In this document: in pieces, positions 37,186 through 49,527 of the stretch
Position numbering within the stretch: position 1 is the first letter of the stretch
How the letters are laid out: each line of letters opens with the position of its first letter
Source of the DNA: Candidatus Omnitrophota bacterium
GTDB lineage: Bacteria > Omnitrophota > Gorgyraeia > Pluralincolimonadales > Pluralincolimonadaceae
Length of the DNA stretch: 64,000 bases
Direction: 5' to 3'
Assembly (NCBI GenBank): GCA_003141835.1
Contig: PLNR01000011.1
Span: 14,049-78,048, forward strand
The notes under the pieces: generated by a model
The model's input: the letters and a program-made list of their open reading frames with translations, nothing else
Told to the model about the DNA's origin: nothing
Databases searched by the model: none
Translations under genes and position numbers: made by a program

Positions 37186-37837
37186 ACTTTTCTCCGTAAT
37201 ATTTGCATAATGATCTCAAGTTGCATACCGGGCATTTCGGGTCGCGCGCCGAGCATACCTGCCTGCCGTGCATTATCAGGTGCACGTGGAATTCCTTTAT
37301 CTCACCCTTGGGTGTAGCCCGGGTCAGGTATTCCTGCGCCTTCTCCGGCGTCATCTTCACGCCTATAAGCCCGAGGCGCTTTGTCACCCTGAATATATGC
37401 GTATCCACCGGCATGACCGGCTTATCAAACCCGAAGAGCAGGACGATCGCGGCCGTCTTCGGCCCCACGCCTTTTATCGACCTTAAGAATCCGTATCCTG
37501 CCTGCGTGTCCAGCCGCTTCAAAAAATCCAGTTCCAGAGAGCCCCGCCGTTTTACTATCTCGTCCAGGGCAAATTTAATACGCGGCGCCTTGATATTCGA
37601 AAGACCGGCGATCTTTATCTCGCGCTTTATGGACGAAACGTCCGCCCTCCTTAAACTCTCCCAACTCTTGAAACGTTTTTTGAGATTGTCGAACGCCCGA
37701 AAGGAAGTTACATCAGAGGTGTTCTGCGAGAGGATAGTCTTGACGAGCAGGCCTACCGCGTCTTTCTCTCTTTTAAATCTCAACCGTCCGAAACGGCGGC
37801 GCAAAAGCCTGATCACAGCCGTTATATCGCGCCGCAT
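37175..37837 (-). CDS. nth: endonuclease III-family HhH-GPD DNA glycosylase with [4Fe-4S] cluster
   Basis: 220 aa. The HhH-GPD region is [15 protein letters not shown]...VDTHIFRV, with C-x6-C-x2-C-x5-C ([17 protein letters not shown]). Confidence 0.8.
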   Translation of the reverse strand: MRRDITAVIRLLRRRFGRLRFKREKDAVGLLVKTILSQNTSDVTSFRAFDNLKKRFKSWESLRRADVSSIKREIKIAGLSNIKAPRIKFALDEIVKRRGSLELDFLKRLDTQAGYGFLRSIKGVGPKTAAIVLLFGFDKPVMPVDTHIFRVTKRLGLIGVKMTPEKAQEYLTRATPKGEIKEFHVHLIMHGRQVCSARDPKCPVCNLRSLCKYYGEKYGR

Positions 37838-39067
37838 CTATCTTTCGATGACCGTGCTCTTGGCTACCACGACCAGCCCGGACTCGGTCATCGTAAACCT
37901 CTTCTTGTCTTCCTCGGGATCGTACCCGATCTCGGCTCCTTGCGGGACCTTGACATCCTTATCTATTATCGCGCGCCTTATTTTGGCGTTGCGCCCGATA
38001 TCCACGCCTTCCATCACTATCGAATCGATGACGCTGGCGTAGCTGTTTACCCTAACGTTCGGCGAAAGTATCGAGCGGTCAACCTTGCCGCCGGATATTA
38101 TGCAGCCGTTAGAGACCATCGAATCTACCGCCACGCCGATACGGTCGCCGTCGTCGCCGCCCGCAAAAACGAACTTGGCCGGCGGGTATTTCTCCATATA
38201 GGTACGTATCGGCCATTCCTTGTCATAGAGGTTGAAGATCGGCGTCACGCTGATAAGGTCCATGTTCGCCTCGTAATACGCGTCGAGCGTCCCGATATCG
38301 CGCCAGTATTGCGCCTCTTTTTTGTTCTCATCCTTGAAATTATAAGCAAAGACCTTCGCCTTTTTCGCGACCATCCCCGGAAGGATGTTCTTCCCGAAAT
38401 CGTGTTTGCTCGCCGGGTCCTGCGCGTCGGCATTAAGCACTTCCTTGAGCACGTCGGTCTTGAAGACGTATATGCCCATCGACGCGTAGATATGCGCCGG
38501 GTCGCCCGGGATCGTCTTAGGGGTCTTCGGTTTCTCCTCGAAGCCGAGTATCCTCTCGTTGCGGTCGACCTCGAGCACGCCGAAATGCTGCGAATCCTTC
38601 TTATCCATCTCTACGACCGAGACGGTGCAGTCGGCGCCTTTCGCTATATGATAATCGATCATCTCCGCGTAATTCATCTTGTAGATGTGGTCGCCGGCCA
38701 ATATCAGCACATATTCAGGCTTCTCGGTCTCGATGAAATAAAGGTTTTGGAATATCGAATCCGCGGTGCCCATATACCACGTATCGCCGGTCCTCATCTG
38801 CGCCGGGACTATATCTATGTATTCGCCGAGTTCCGCGTCGAATATGTTCCAGCCGAGCCGCAAATGCCTTATAAGCGAATTACATTTATATTGCAGGAGG
38901 ACATGGATCCGCCGTATCCCCGAATTTATGCAGTTCGAGAGAGTGACGTCGATGATCCTGTATATCCCGCCGAACGGGACTGCAGGCTTGGTCCTGTCCC
39001 TGGTCAGGGGGATAAGCCTCTCGCCCTTCCCGCCCGCCATTATGAAAGCTATTACATTCTTATTCAT
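37838..39067 (-). CDS. glgC: glucose-1-phosphate adenylyltransferase GlgC
   Basis: 409 aa. VIAFIMAGGKGERLIPLTRDRTKPAVPFGG, and a C-terminal left-handed beta-helix. Confidence 0.9.
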   Translation of the reverse strand: MNKNVIAFIMAGGKGERLIPLTRDRTKPAVPFGGIYRIIDVTLSNCINSGIRRIHVLLQYKCNSLIRHLRLGWNIFDAELGEYIDIVPAQMRTGDTWYMGTADSIFQNLYFIETEKPEYVLILAGDHIYKMNYAEMIDYHIAKGADCTVSVVEMDKKDSQHFGVLEVDRNERILGFEEKPKTPKTIPGDPAHIYASMGIYVFKTDVLKEVLNADAQDPASKHDFGKNILPGMVAKKAKVFAYNFKDENKKEAQYWRDIGTLDAYYEANMDLISVTPIFNLYDKEWPIRTYMEKYPPAKFVFAGGDDGDRIGVAVDSMVSNGCIISGGKVDRSILSPNVRVNSYASVIDSIVMEGVDIGRNAKIRRAIIDKDVKVPQGAEIGYDPEEDKKRFTMTESGLVVVAKSTVIER

Positions 39068-39068
39068 G

Positions 39069-39704
39069 TTATTTTTTAACCGCCGGGGTGAAAAATACCT
39101 GTACGACGATCTCCAGTATACCCATCCTTATCATCATTACCGCTATAGCCGCGAGGAAGATATCCGATACCTTCGCGAGCGCCCTGGAACCGCCTTTGCC
39201 GAGGACTTTTATGAAATAATCGGCTTTCCAGAGGACAAGCCACATTATGAGCATATTCAACACTATCGAGACTACCGTCGGTATAAGTCCGTAGGCCTCT
39301 CTCATTACCAGCACCGTCGTGAGCACAGCCGGGCCGGTTATAAGCGGCGTCCCGAGGGGAAATACGCCGACATCCGTGGTCGGGTGGCTCCTCTTATCCT
39401 CCCCTGGAAGCAAAAGATGTATCGCAAGGACCAAAAGCAAAATGCCGCCGGCGATCCTGAAATCCGGTACCTGTACATTCATCAGCCGTAACAATATATT
39501 GCCGAAGAAGATAAAAAGGATGGCTATAATGCTAGCCACAAGTATGCTGTTCGATATCACCTTCTGGCGGTCTTTCGGCTTCATCCCCTCCGTAAGGGAG
39601 AAATAAAGCGGCAGGTTCCCGAATGAGTTGACTGCCATGAAGATCGGGATAAATGTCATAATGTACGGCGCTACCGGTGCTAAAGCTTTAAATACGGCTC
39701 CCAT
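39069..39704 (-). CDS. MarC-family (UPF0056) integral membrane protein
   Basis: 211 aa with 6 predicted TM segments. FIPIFMAVNSFGNLPLYFSLTEGM is the MarC signature. Confidence 0.7.
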   Translation of the reverse strand: MGAVFKALAPVAPYIMTFIPIFMAVNSFGNLPLYFSLTEGMKPKDRQKVISNSILVASIIAILFIFFGNILLRLMNVQVPDFRIAGGILLLVLAIHLLLPGEDKRSHPTTDVGVFPLGTPLITGPAVLTTVLVMREAYGLIPTVVSIVLNMLIMWLVLWKADYFIKVLGKGGSRALAKVSDIFLAAIAVMMIRMGILEIVVQVFFTPAVKK

Positions 39705-39724
39705 ATTATTTCCTTTCGTGTCAC

Positions 39725-39753
39725 TATTATATTAAAAAGGCGGCCAAAAAGCA
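39725..39753 (-). promoter_or_regulatory. candidate sigma70 promoter for marC (TTGCTT-17-TATAAT)
   Basis: The minus strand reads gTTGCTTtttggccgcctttttaaTATAATagtgacacgAAAGGAAataatATG. Confidence 0.45.
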
Positions 39754-39779
39754 ACCGGCATTTAAGCCGCTATGCGGAC

Positions 39780-40757
39780 TTATTTTACCAACTGCCTCAC
39801 CCTCGGCGGGCAGGCGACGAAATGCCCCTGTTTGGCCTCCTTAAGCGAAGGCTCTTCTATCTTGCACCGGGGTTCCGCGTACGGGCAGCGGGGATGGAAC
39901 TTGCAGCCGGCAGGCGGAGATAAAGGAGACGGCAGTTCCCCTTTTACTATCATCTTTTTCTTCTTTCGCTCCGGCCCTATTGATACTGCCGAGAATAGGG
40001 CCTCGGTGTAAGGGTGTATCGGGAAAGAATAAAGCTCATCAGTAGAGGCGTATTCAAAGACCTTGCCCAAATACATTACCAAAACTGAATCGGATATCGA
40101 TTCTATGACCCGCAGGTCGTGCGAGATGAAAAGATACGACAATCCTAATTCCTTCTGGAGGTCGGTAAGCAATTTCAATATCTGCGCCTGGATCGAGAGG
40201 TCGAGCGATGAGACCGGTTCGTCGCAGACGATAAGTTTGGGGTCGGTCGCAAGCGCCCGCGCGATGCCTATCCTCTGGCGCTCCCCGCCGCTGAACTGGT
40301 GGGGATAGCGTTTCGCGTGATCGGCCTGCAGCCCGACCTTCGAAAGCAGGTCCAGGACTTTCTGCCGGCGCGCTTTGGCGTCGCCGATGCCGTGGACCAA
40401 AAGCGGTTCGCTTAATATCTCGCCTATTTTCATCCTCGGGTTCAGGGAATTATACGGGTCCTGGAATACGACCTGTAATCTTTTCCTCAGCGGCCGCATC
40501 CTCTCCTGCGAGAGGCCGGTTATCTCCTGCCCTTCGAATGAGATCTTCCCTGCCGTAGGATCAAGGAGATTCAATATTATCCTGGCCAGCGTAGTCTTGC
40601 CGCAGCCGGATTCCCCGACGAGGCCGAGCGTCTTTCCGGCTTCGACATCGAATGATATCCCGTCGACTGCCTTGACCTCGCCTACGATATGGCGGGTAAA
40701 GCCTCTCGCCACCGGGAAATATTTTTTTACGCCTTTTACCGAAAGGATCGGCTGCAC
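39780..40757 (-). CDS. oppF: oligopeptide/dipeptide ABC transporter ATP-binding protein (OppF/DppF type)
   Basis: 325 aa. Walker A GESGCGKTT, signature LSGGERQR, and a C-terminal oligopeptide-transporter extension with Cys residues. Confidence 0.85.
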   Translation of the reverse strand: MQPILSVKGVKKYFPVARGFTRHIVGEVKAVDGISFDVEAGKTLGLVGESGCGKTTLARIILNLLDPTAGKISFEGQEITGLSQERMRPLRKRLQVVFQDPYNSLNPRMKIGEILSEPLLVHGIGDAKARRQKVLDLLSKVGLQADHAKRYPHQFSGGERQRIGIARALATDPKLIVCDEPVSSLDLSIQAQILKLLTDLQKELGLSYLFISHDLRVIESISDSVLVMYLGKVFEYASTDELYSFPIHPYTEALFSAVSIGPERKKKKMIVKGELPSPLSPPAGCKFHPRCPYAEPRCKIEEPSLKEAKQGHFVACPPRVRQLVK

Positions 40758-40758
40758 T

Positions 40759-41556
40759 CTATCTCCTGCTCATCTTCGGGATGCAATCGATAAGTTTTTT
40801 CGTATATGGATGCGACGGTTTCTTGTATATCATGTCTGTATCGCCGTATTCGACGATCTTTCCTTCCTGCATCACCGCGGTCTTCTCAGCGACCTGCGAG
40901 ACTATCGAAAGGTCGTGGGTTATCAAAAGGACCGTAAGCTTAAGCTCCTCCCTTAATTTCTCGAGGAGTTCGAGGATCTGTGCCTGGATGGTCACGTCGA
41001 GCGCGGTCGTCGGCTCATCGGCGATCAGGAGTTTCGGCCTGCATGATATCGCCATCGCTATCATCACCCTTTGCTTCATCCCGCCGGAGAGCTGGTGTGG
41101 ATATGAGAACATCACTTCCTTCGGAGAAGGCATCCCGACATCTTTTAGCAGGCCGACCGCGATATCGAACGCCCTATCCTCCCTTGAGCCCTGATGGAGG
41201 CGTATCGTCTCGATAAGCTGCTCGCCTATGGTAAAGACAGGGTTAAGCGATGTCGCCGGGTCCTGGAACACATAGGAGACCTTCGCCCCCCTTATATTCC
41301 TGAGTTGCTCTTCGGCTAATTTAAACATCTCCCGGCCGTCGAATAATATCTCGCCCTTGGTTATTTCGGCCGATCCCGGGAGGAGCCGCGTCACGGAAAG
41401 CGCGGTAACGGATTTTCCGGAACCTGATTCGCCGACGAGGCCGAGGATCTCGCCCTCGTAGACTTTCAGGTTCGCGCCCCTGACCGCCTCGATAGTCTTC
41501 TCGCCCTGCCTGAAATCGACATACAAATTTTTTATCTCTAACAACGGCTCTTTCAT
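40759..41556 (-). CDS. oppD: oligopeptide/dipeptide ABC transporter ATP-binding protein (OppD/DppD type, short 265-aa form)
   Basis: Walker A GESGSGKS and signature LSGGMKQR. It lacks the usual C-terminal extension. Confidence 0.85.
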   Translation of the reverse strand: MKEPLLEIKNLYVDFRQGEKTIEAVRGANLKVYEGEILGLVGESGSGKSVTALSVTRLLPGSAEITKGEILFDGREMFKLAEEQLRNIRGAKVSYVFQDPATSLNPVFTIGEQLIETIRLHQGSREDRAFDIAVGLLKDVGMPSPKEVMFSYPHQLSGGMKQRVMIAMAISCRPKLLIADEPTTALDVTIQAQILELLEKLREELKLTVLLITHDLSIVSQVAEKTAVMQEGKIVEYGDTDMIYKKPSHPYTKKLIDCIPKMSRR

Positions 41557-42362
41557 GCTTTCCTATGCGGGTTGAAATGTTCGCGCAACCCTTCTCCTAA
41601 TAGATTATAGCCCAATACGGTGATCAATATCGCGAAGCCGGGGAATACCGTGATCCACCAGGCGATGCCTAAGGTTGATTTCGCCTCGGTAAGGATATTG
41701 CCCCAGCTCGGCGTAGGCGGCTGGACGCCGAGGCCAAGGAAACTTAAACCCGATTCCAGCAGTATCGCGCCGGCAACGCCCAAAGTCGCGCTGACAAGGA
41801 CCGGGCCTAGCGCGTTCGGTATAAGGTGCCTCGTAATGATCCTTAAGTCGCTGGCTCCGGTAGCCCTCGCCGCCTCGATGAATTCGCGCTCCTTTAAACT
41901 TAAAATCTCAGCCCGGATCAAACGCGCTACTCCCATCCAACTGGTTAGTCCTATTACAACCATAATAGTAAAAATACTTGGCCCTATCCTCGCTATAACT
42001 GAAAGTATCAGGAAAAATGTGGGAAAACAAAGCATTATATCTATAAACCGGCAAATCGCATTATCAGTTAATCCACCATAGTAACCAGCCAGAGAACCAA
42101 GAATAAGGCCAATTATGACCGCTATCCCGACCGCCACGAAACCTACCAACAAAGATATCCTCCCGCCGTATGCCATGCGCGCGAAGAGGTCGCGGCCGAG
42201 CGAGTCGGTCCCCATCGGGTGTTCGTGCGAAGGCGGCAACAGCGCCTTCTCAAGATTTATCGCGCTCGGGTCGTAACGGCTCACCTGCGGGGCGAATATC
42301 GCGAGGAAGCCCATCACGCAGACTATAATAATGCCGAAAGCGGTGAGTTTATTTATCTTCAT
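41553..42362 (-). CDS. oppC: oligopeptide ABC transporter permease OppC/DppC
   Basis: 269 aa with the BPD-transporter EAA-like motif region [15 protein letters not shown]. Confidence 0.85.
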   Translation of the reverse strand: MKINKLTAFGIIIVCVMGFLAIFAPQVSRYDPSAINLEKALLPPSHEHPMGTDSLGRDLFARMAYGGRISLLVGFVAVGIAVIIGLILGSLAGYYGGLTDNAICRFIDIMLCFPTFFLILSVIARIGPSIFTIMVVIGLTSWMGVARLIRAEILSLKEREFIEAARATGASDLRIITRHLIPNALGPVLVSATLGVAGAILLESGLSFLGLGVQPPTPSWGNILTEAKSTLGIAWWITVFPGFAILITVLGYNLLGEGLREHFNPHRKA

Positions 42363-43339
42363 CTCTTCTCCCCCACGCGTATCCGCGGGTCGACGCAGGC
42401 GTACATCACGTCGGCCAGTAGGTTGCCGAGAAGAGTAAGGATCGCGCCAACGAAGAGTATTCCCATTATCACCGGGTAATCGCGCGCCATGACCGAATCG
42501 AAGAAGAGCTTTCCCATCCCCGGGATCGCGTAGATAGATTCGAATATGACGCTGCCGCCGATCAACCCCGGGACAGAGAGCCCGATTATCGTCACTATAG
42601 GCAAGAGCGCGTTCTTGAGCGCGTGTTTGTAAATGACATCCTTCTCGGAAAGCCCCTTTGCCCTCGCAGTCCTTATAAAATCCTTATGCATGACCTCGAG
42701 CATGCTGGTACGCATATAACGGGATATGCCTGCGAGCCCGCCGAAAGCCGAGACAAAAACAGGCAGTATCAGATGCCGCGAGACGTCCGCTATCTTCTGG
42801 AGGAAATTAAGCTCCTCGAAATCGAGGGATTTTATTCCTGATATCGGCAGCCATCCGAGCTGCACGCCGAATAAGCTCATCGCCAGTAGCGCCAGCCAGA
42901 AGGTCGGCGTCGCGAAACCGATAAAAACAAAAACCGTCGAGGCCCTGTCAAAAAGGGAATTTTCTTTTACCGCGCTCATTATACCGATAGGCACCGCGAT
43001 CAGGAATATCAGGAAGAGCGATAAGAGTTCTATCGTTATCGTGATGGGTATGCGTTCGCCGATCTTGACTAGGACCGGCCTCTCGTCGGTAAAGGATTTT
43101 CCGAAGTCGAGGACAACGAGTTTCTTTACCCATTGCCAATACTGGACGTATACCGGCTTATCGAGTCCGTAGAGCCTGTCGAGCTTCTCCATCGCCTCGA
43201 GCGTTATCTTCGGCGACATCTCAGCCTGCAGGCGCGTCGGTTTTCCCGGCGAGAGGTGTATCACGAAAAATGTGACGATTGTTATCCCGAATAGCACGGG
43301 CAGGAGGCCGAGCAGCCGTTTTACGATATAGGTCACCAT
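42359..43339 (-). CDS. oppB: oligopeptide ABC transporter permease OppB/DppB
   Basis: 326 aa. [24 protein letters not shown] is a typical OppB N-terminus, with an EAA loop [21 protein letters not shown]. Confidence 0.85.
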   Translation of the reverse strand: MVTYIVKRLLGLLPVLFGITIVTFFVIHLSPGKPTRLQAEMSPKITLEAMEKLDRLYGLDKPVYVQYWQWVKKLVVLDFGKSFTDERPVLVKIGERIPITITIELLSLFLIFLIAVPIGIMSAVKENSLFDRASTVFVFIGFATPTFWLALLAMSLFGVQLGWLPISGIKSLDFEELNFLQKIADVSRHLILPVFVSAFGGLAGISRYMRTSMLEVMHKDFIRTARAKGLSEKDVIYKHALKNALLPIVTIIGLSVPGLIGGSVIFESIYAIPGMGKLFFDSVMARDYPVIMGILFVGAILTLLGNLLADVMYACVDPRIRVGEKR

Positions 43340-44934
43340 CTCGTGTATTTCTGTTCCTCTTTAGGGACGTTCCACTTAATGAAATTATAACCGATCCCTG
43401 CCGGCGCCGGCTCGATGCCCTTGAACCTCGCGTGGACTATCGGCAGCGCGTCCGGCACGAATAAAAATATGTACGGATGGTTATCGAATATTAATTGGTG
43501 GACCTTATTATATATCTCTTTCCTCTTTCTCTCGTCAAATTCGCGGCGGCCTTCCTCAAGGAGGGAGTCCACTTCCTTATTCTCGTAGCCGACGAAATTG
43601 AACTCGCCCGGCCTCTGCTTGGAGGAATGCCAGATGTCAAAACAGTCAGGGTCGCGGGAGAGGTTCCAACCCATTATGACCGCCTCGAACTTGTGTTTGT
43701 CTATGAACTCGGACAATAAGGTGGCCCATTCGATAGGCCTTATATCGACCTCAATACAGACCTCCTTCAATCTCCTCTGGATTATCTCGGCGCATGTCTT
43801 GCGCGGATCGTTGCCCTGGTTGATAAGCAGGGTGAACTTGAATCTCTTCCCTTCCTTATCGAGCCAGCCGTCGCTATCATGGTCTTTCCAGCCCGCTTCC
43901 TTCAATAACTCCTTCGCCTTTTTCGGGTCATACGGGGCGGGTTTTACTTCCTTATTATACGCCCAAGACTCCGGCGGGAACGGGCCTGTCGAGACCCTGC
44001 CCAGCCCCAAAAGCACCCCCTTTATTATCTCATCCTTATCGATGGCGTAATCGAGGGCAAGCCTGACACGGCTGTCAGCGAAAAGCGGGTCTTTCATGTT
44101 AAGGCCCAGGTAAGTATAACCAAACGAGGGATACTTATATTTCTTATAATATTTCTTGAAAAAAGGCGTGTCTGTCTGGCGCGCGTATTGGAGCGGGGTC
44201 AGCTGCTCGACCATATCGACGCCCTGCGTCTGCAATTCGAGGAATGTCGTCGCCTGGTCAGGGATTATCCTGTATATATACCTGTTTATATAAGGGCGGC
44301 CTTCATAGTAATCCGGGTTCGAGACAAGGACTATCTTCTCGCCTGTCTTCCACTCTTTGAATTTATAGGGCCCGGTCCCGACCGGGTTGCGCGAGAACTT
44401 CGTGTTGCTGAGGTCTTCTTTCTCGAGTATATGCTTCGGCATTATCCACATACCCCAGCTGGAAAGCCCGGGAGAGAACGGTTCTTTGTAAGTCACCTTA
44501 ACGGTATGGTCGTCAAGGGCCTCAAGGGATTTAACCCGCTCGAAATCCCCGCTGTACGGGGTCTTTACGTTGGGGTCTATGAGTTTTTGGTAAGTGAATT
44601 CTACGTCGCTTGCGGTGAAGGGCCGGCCATCGTGCCATCTTACGTTCTTTCGCAGATGGAAGATTATGACTAAGCCGTCTTCCTTAATATCCCAGCTTTC
44701 AGCTAGATCGCCCTCAAGATTGAGGTCCTTGTCGTAGCGGATAAGGCCGTTAAAGACAAGGCCGCAAATATCCGCCGAGGCAGAATCAGATGCGAGGATA
44801 GGGACGAGCGTCGAGGCATCGCCTATAGAGGCGGTGATGATGGCGTCGCCGTAATCGGCCGCCGCCGCAGGTGAGGAAAAGCCAAGAGACAGCAATACCA
44901 ATATCCCAACGATCCGGGATATTGGTATCAGCAT
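43333..44934 (-). CDS. oppA: ABC transporter substrate-binding protein, family 5 (OppA/DppA-like)
   Basis: 533 aa with a signal peptide and SBP_bac_5 architecture. It is the first gene of the opp operon. Confidence 0.85.
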   Translation of the reverse strand: MLIPISRIVGILVLLSLGFSSPAAAADYGDAIITASIGDASTLVPILASDSASADICGLVFNGLIRYDKDLNLEGDLAESWDIKEDGLVIIFHLRKNVRWHDGRPFTASDVEFTYQKLIDPNVKTPYSGDFERVKSLEALDDHTVKVTYKEPFSPGLSSWGMWIMPKHILEKEDLSNTKFSRNPVGTGPYKFKEWKTGEKIVLVSNPDYYEGRPYINRYIYRIIPDQATTFLELQTQGVDMVEQLTPLQYARQTDTPFFKKYYKKYKYPSFGYTYLGLNMKDPLFADSRVRLALDYAIDKDEIIKGVLLGLGRVSTGPFPPESWAYNKEVKPAPYDPKKAKELLKEAGWKDHDSDGWLDKEGKRFKFTLLINQGNDPRKTCAEIIQRRLKEVCIEVDIRPIEWATLLSEFIDKHKFEAVIMGWNLSRDPDCFDIWHSSKQRPGEFNFVGYENKEVDSLLEEGRREFDERKRKEIYNKVHQLIFDNHPYIFLFVPDALPIVHARFKGIEPAPAGIGYNFIKWNVPKEEQKYTRW

Positions 44935-44949
44935 ATATCTCCCCCTGTT

Positions 44950-45309
44950 TTACTTATTAGGAGTTTGTTGTCCGGTAGTACCGGCCGGAGGCAAGTTCGT
45001 CTGAGGCGCCGGGACAGCTGCTTTGGCCGGGGCCATCTTCTCTTCCTTCGAAACTTCCCTCTCGACCACGGATCCGGCTCTCTCGGTGCTCATCAGCGCC
45101 AGTGTCGTAGAGGTCACCAGGAAGAGTACTGCGCAAGCCGCGGTCGCTTTCGTAAGGAAAGACGACGCCTTGGTCCCCAGCATAGACTGGAGGCCACCGC
45201 TTCCGCCGAACGTCTCGGATATCCCGCCGCCTTTACCCGCCTGGAGCAGGATCACCATTATCAGGACTACACACGCGATCACATGCAAAGTTATCAAGAA
45301 CGCGAACAT
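44950..45309 (-). CDS. secG: preprotein translocase subunit SecG
   Basis: 119 aa. VLIMVILLQAGKGGGISETFGGSGG, with a second TM segment. It is immediately downstream of tpiA. Confidence 0.85.
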   Translation of the reverse strand: MFAFLITLHVIACVVLIMVILLQAGKGGGISETFGGSGGLQSMLGTKASSFLTKATAACAVLFLVTSTTLALMSTERAGSVVEREVSKEEKMAPAKAAVPAPQTNLPPAGTTGQQTPNK

Positions 45310-45341
45310 CTTATTTCTACTCCTTTTTAACGGGAACTAAT

Positions 45342-46100
45342 TCATTTCTTCCCTTGTCTTACTATTTCGGCGAAATCCTTTACTTTAAGGCTCGCCCCTC
45401 CGACCAGCGCCCCGTCAATGTCAGGGCCGGCCATAATGCTCCTTGTGTTGTCGGGTTTTACGCTCCCGCCGTATTGTATCCTCACCTCGGATGATACATC
45501 TTCGCCGTAAGCTTTTTTCAGCAGCTCGCGGATAAATTTATGCACTTCCTGAGCCTGCTCCGGCGTCGCTGTCCTTCCGGTGCCGATCGCCCAGACAGGT
45601 TCGTAGGCAATCACTATCTTGGCGACGTCTTCTTTGGAGAGGCCGGCTAAACCGCCTTCGACATGGTTCTTTACCACATCAAAGGTCTTGCCGGAATCGC
45701 GCTCTTCAAGGCGCTCGCCTACGCACATTATCGGCGTCAGGCCGTGTTTTAAGGCGGCTTTGACCTTCTTGTTCACCGTTTCATTGGTCTCGTGGAAATA
45801 AGTCCTGCGCTCGGAATGGCCGATTATGCAGAATTTGCAGCCGAGGTCGGTGAGCATCTTTGGGGCGACTTCACCGGTATAAGCGCCTTCCTCTTCCCAG
45901 AAGATATCCTGCGCGCCGTATCCGATGTTCGAACCCTTGAGCGCTTCCGCGACTTTTGGTATCGCGGTAAACGGCGGACATACGACTATGTCCACCCCTG
46001 TCTCGCCTTTGAGTTCATTCTTCAGGCCATTGACGAGCTCTAACGCCTCGCCGGTGGTCTTGTACATCTTCCAGTTGCCTGCGATTATAGGTTTTCTCAT
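45342..46100 (-). CDS. tpiA: triosephosphate isomerase
   Basis: 252 aa. IIAGNWKM, CIIGHSERR and AYEPVWAIGTG. Confidence 0.95.
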   Translation of the reverse strand: MRKPIIAGNWKMYKTTGEALELVNGLKNELKGETGVDIVVCPPFTAIPKVAEALKGSNIGYGAQDIFWEEEGAYTGEVAPKMLTDLGCKFCIIGHSERRTYFHETNETVNKKVKAALKHGLTPIMCVGERLEERDSGKTFDVVKNHVEGGLAGLSKEDVAKIVIAYEPVWAIGTGRTATPEQAQEVHKFIRELLKKAYGEDVSSEVRIQYGGSVKPDNTRSIMAGPDIDGALVGGASLKVKDFAEIVRQGKK

Positions 46101-46213
46101 TATATCCTTTCAACTAATAACTTTGATGAGGGCGGGTCCTGCCTGCCGAGCACCTCGTCCCTTTTGCTTCGTGCAAAATGGCCAAGGGCTCCGTCGGCAG
46201 TCACCCGCTGACA

Positions 46214-47440
46214 TTACTTATCAGTTAAAGCTTTTATCCCAGGCAGGACTTTGCCTTCGAGATATTCGAGCGAGGCGCCGCCGCCGGTTGAGATGTGCGT
46301 CATCTTGTCTTCAAGTTTGAACTTGGCTATCGCGGCTGCCGTGTCGCCGCCGCCGATTATCGATATAACTTTGCTCCCGGTGCAGCCGGCGCAGCCGGAG
46401 TTGCTTCCGCTCGAAAGGCATGCAATATATTTTGCGACCTCCTCGGTCCCCTTGGAGAACTTATCCATCTCGAATACGCCGAGCGGGCCGTTCCAGACGA
46501 TCGTCTTAGCGCTCTTCAACACGTTCTTGAACGCCTCGACCGTCTTCGGTCCGATATCCAATCCCATCCATCCGTCAGGGATCTGGTCCCCGACCACCTT
46601 CGTGTTCGCGTTCGCGTCGAATTTGTCCGCGATGATGTTATCGACCGGCAGGACTATGTTGACTTTCTTTTGTTTGGCTTTTTCGAGAAGAGACTTCGCT
46701 ATATCTATTTTATCCTTCTCGACCTTTGAGGCGCCTATCGACCTGCCCTGCGCCGCGTAAAATGTGTAGGCCATCCCGCCGCCGATGAGTATCGAATCAA
46801 CCTTGTCCAAAAGGTTCTCAATGACACCTATCTTGTCCGAGACCTTCGCGCCGCCGAGTATCGTCACGAACGGCTTTGCAGGGTTCATGACCTTATCTTC
46901 GAGGTACTCTATCTCTTTTTCAAGAAGGAAACCCGCCGCCGACTTTTGAAAATACTTTGTCACGCCTTCTGTAGACGCGTGCGCGCGGTGCGCGGTCCCG
47001 AAAGCGTCGTTGACGAATACGTCACCTAAGCTCGCGAGCTCTTTCGCGAAATTCGCGTCGTTGGCTTCTTCCTCGGCGTGGAAACGCAGGTTCTCGAGGA
47101 GTATGCACTCACCCGGCTTCATGGCATCTGCCATCGCCTTGACCTCGGGCCCGATGCAATCTTTGGCCATCTTCACCGGCTTGCCGAGCAATTTGCTAAG
47201 CCTTTCGGCGCAGGGCGCCAGGCTGTACTTCGCCGTGACCTTGCCATCAGGCCTTCCAAGGTGGCTGATCAGGACAAGTTTCGCGCCTTTGTCGAGCGCG
47301 TATTTTATCGTCGGCAAAGTCGCCTTTATCCTCGTGTCATCTGTTATGTTCAGTTTATCATCGAGCGGGACATTAAAGTCGACGCGCATCAATACGCGCT
47401 TGCCTTTAAGGTCCAGGTCTTTTATCGTAAGCTTGTTCAT
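46214..47440 (-). CDS. pgk: phosphoglycerate kinase
   Basis: 408 aa. RVDFNVP, ISHLGRP and GGGDTAAA. Confidence 0.95.
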   Translation of the reverse strand: MNKLTIKDLDLKGKRVLMRVDFNVPLDDKLNITDDTRIKATLPTIKYALDKGAKLVLISHLGRPDGKVTAKYSLAPCAERLSKLLGKPVKMAKDCIGPEVKAMADAMKPGECILLENLRFHAEEEANDANFAKELASLGDVFVNDAFGTAHRAHASTEGVTKYFQKSAAGFLLEKEIEYLEDKVMNPAKPFVTILGGAKVSDKIGVIENLLDKVDSILIGGGMAYTFYAAQGRSIGASKVEKDKIDIAKSLLEKAKQKKVNIVLPVDNIIADKFDANANTKVVGDQIPDGWMGLDIGPKTVEAFKNVLKSAKTIVWNGPLGVFEMDKFSKGTEEVAKYIACLSSGSNSGCAGCTGSKVISIIGGGDTAAAIAKFKLEDKMTHISTGGGASLEYLEGKVLPGIKALTDK

Positions 47441-47443
47441 GTA

Positions 47444-48526
<1,083 letters not shown>

Positions 48527-49525
48527 TTACAGGGATACTTCCCTTAAAGCCCAGGCGGCTATCTCCGGAGGGGTCTGGTTCAGGTAGAAGCCGGTGCCCC
48601 ACTCGAATCCTGCCGTCCTTCCCAGCCTGGGCATGACCTCTATGTGCCAGTGGTAATCCGCCATTTCGCGGGAATCCAGGGGCGAGGTATGTATTATAAA
48701 ATTATATGAGGGATCTTTCAAGGCTATTTTCATCCGCACCAGCGTCTCTTTGAGTATCCGCGCGAGGTCGGTTATCTCTTCCTTCTGGATATAGCTGAAC
48801 TCAGCGCTGTGGAGTTTCGGGAATATCGAGAACTCGAACGGGAACCTCGAGACGAAAGGCGCGAACGCGATGAAACTCTTGTTCTCGGCTATGACCCGCT
48901 CCCTCTCTTCTATCTCCTGGTGTATCATGTCGCAGAATACGCATCTCTCCCTATACTCATAATACCTCTCGGACCAGCTGATCTCCTCGACCACACGCTT
49001 AGGTATGATCGGTAGCGCGATGAGCTGCGAATGCGGATGCTCAAGCGAGGCGCCGGCGGATACGCCGTAATTCTTGAATATCAATATATATTTAAACCTC
49101 TTGTCGCCCTTAAGGTCGAGGCTCCTGTTACGGTACGCCCATATGACCTTCTCGATATCGCCATCAGCCAGGTCGGCGAGCTCCTTGTTATGGTCGGGGT
49201 TCTCGATGATTACCTCGTGCGCGCCGATGCCGTTCATCATGTCGTACATGCCGACGCCAATCCTGTCGATATTGCCCTCGACCCTTAAGGCCGGGAATTT
49301 ATTCGGGATGACCCGCGTCTGCCAGCCCGGCGTGTTGGACTTGCTGCCCTCCTTGCGGTCGGCGAATATCTCCGGCGGGGTCATGGCCTCGTTGCCCGGG
49401 CAGAACGGGCAAACGCCGCCCCTCTTGACATGGGCCTCGACCTCGTAATCGGAAGGGTTCTTGGGCTTGTCGATCTCTATTATTACCCACCTGCCTGTTA
49501 TCGGGTCCCTGCGTAATTCAGCCAT
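48527..49525 (-). CDS. GalT-like HIT-superfamily nucleotidyltransferase/phosphorylase, paralog 1 (galactose-1-phosphate uridylyltransferase family)
   Basis: 332 aa. Zn-site CPFCPGNE, active-site HPHSQL, and a second half-domain NFIIHTSP...HWHIEVMPR. Confidence 0.8.
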   Translation of the reverse strand: MAELRRDPITGRWVIIEIDKPKNPSDYEVEAHVKRGGVCPFCPGNEAMTPPEIFADRKEGSKSNTPGWQTRVIPNKFPALRVEGNIDRIGVGMYDMMNGIGAHEVIIENPDHNKELADLADGDIEKVIWAYRNRSLDLKGDKRFKYILIFKNYGVSAGASLEHPHSQLIALPIIPKRVVEEISWSERYYEYRERCVFCDMIHQEIEERERVIAENKSFIAFAPFVSRFPFEFSIFPKLHSAEFSYIQKEEITDLARILKETLVRMKIALKDPSYNFIIHTSPLDSREMADYHWHIEVMPRLGRTAGFEWGTGFYLNQTPPEIAAWALREVSL

Positions 49526-49527
49526 AG

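Noticed and set aside
40759-41556. Truncated or pseudogenised OppD (265 aa versus the usual ~330 aa)
   Set aside because: The ABC ATPase core is complete (Walker A/B, signature, H-loop) with a clean stop and coupling to neighbours. Only the optional C-terminal extension is absent, so it is a natural short form.
46101-46213. 113-nt spacer between pgk and tpiA examined for a riboswitch or small RNA
   Set aside because: It is GC-rich but has no convincing long stem-loop or conserved riboswitch core that I could identify by eye. It is probably just a processing or attenuation region.
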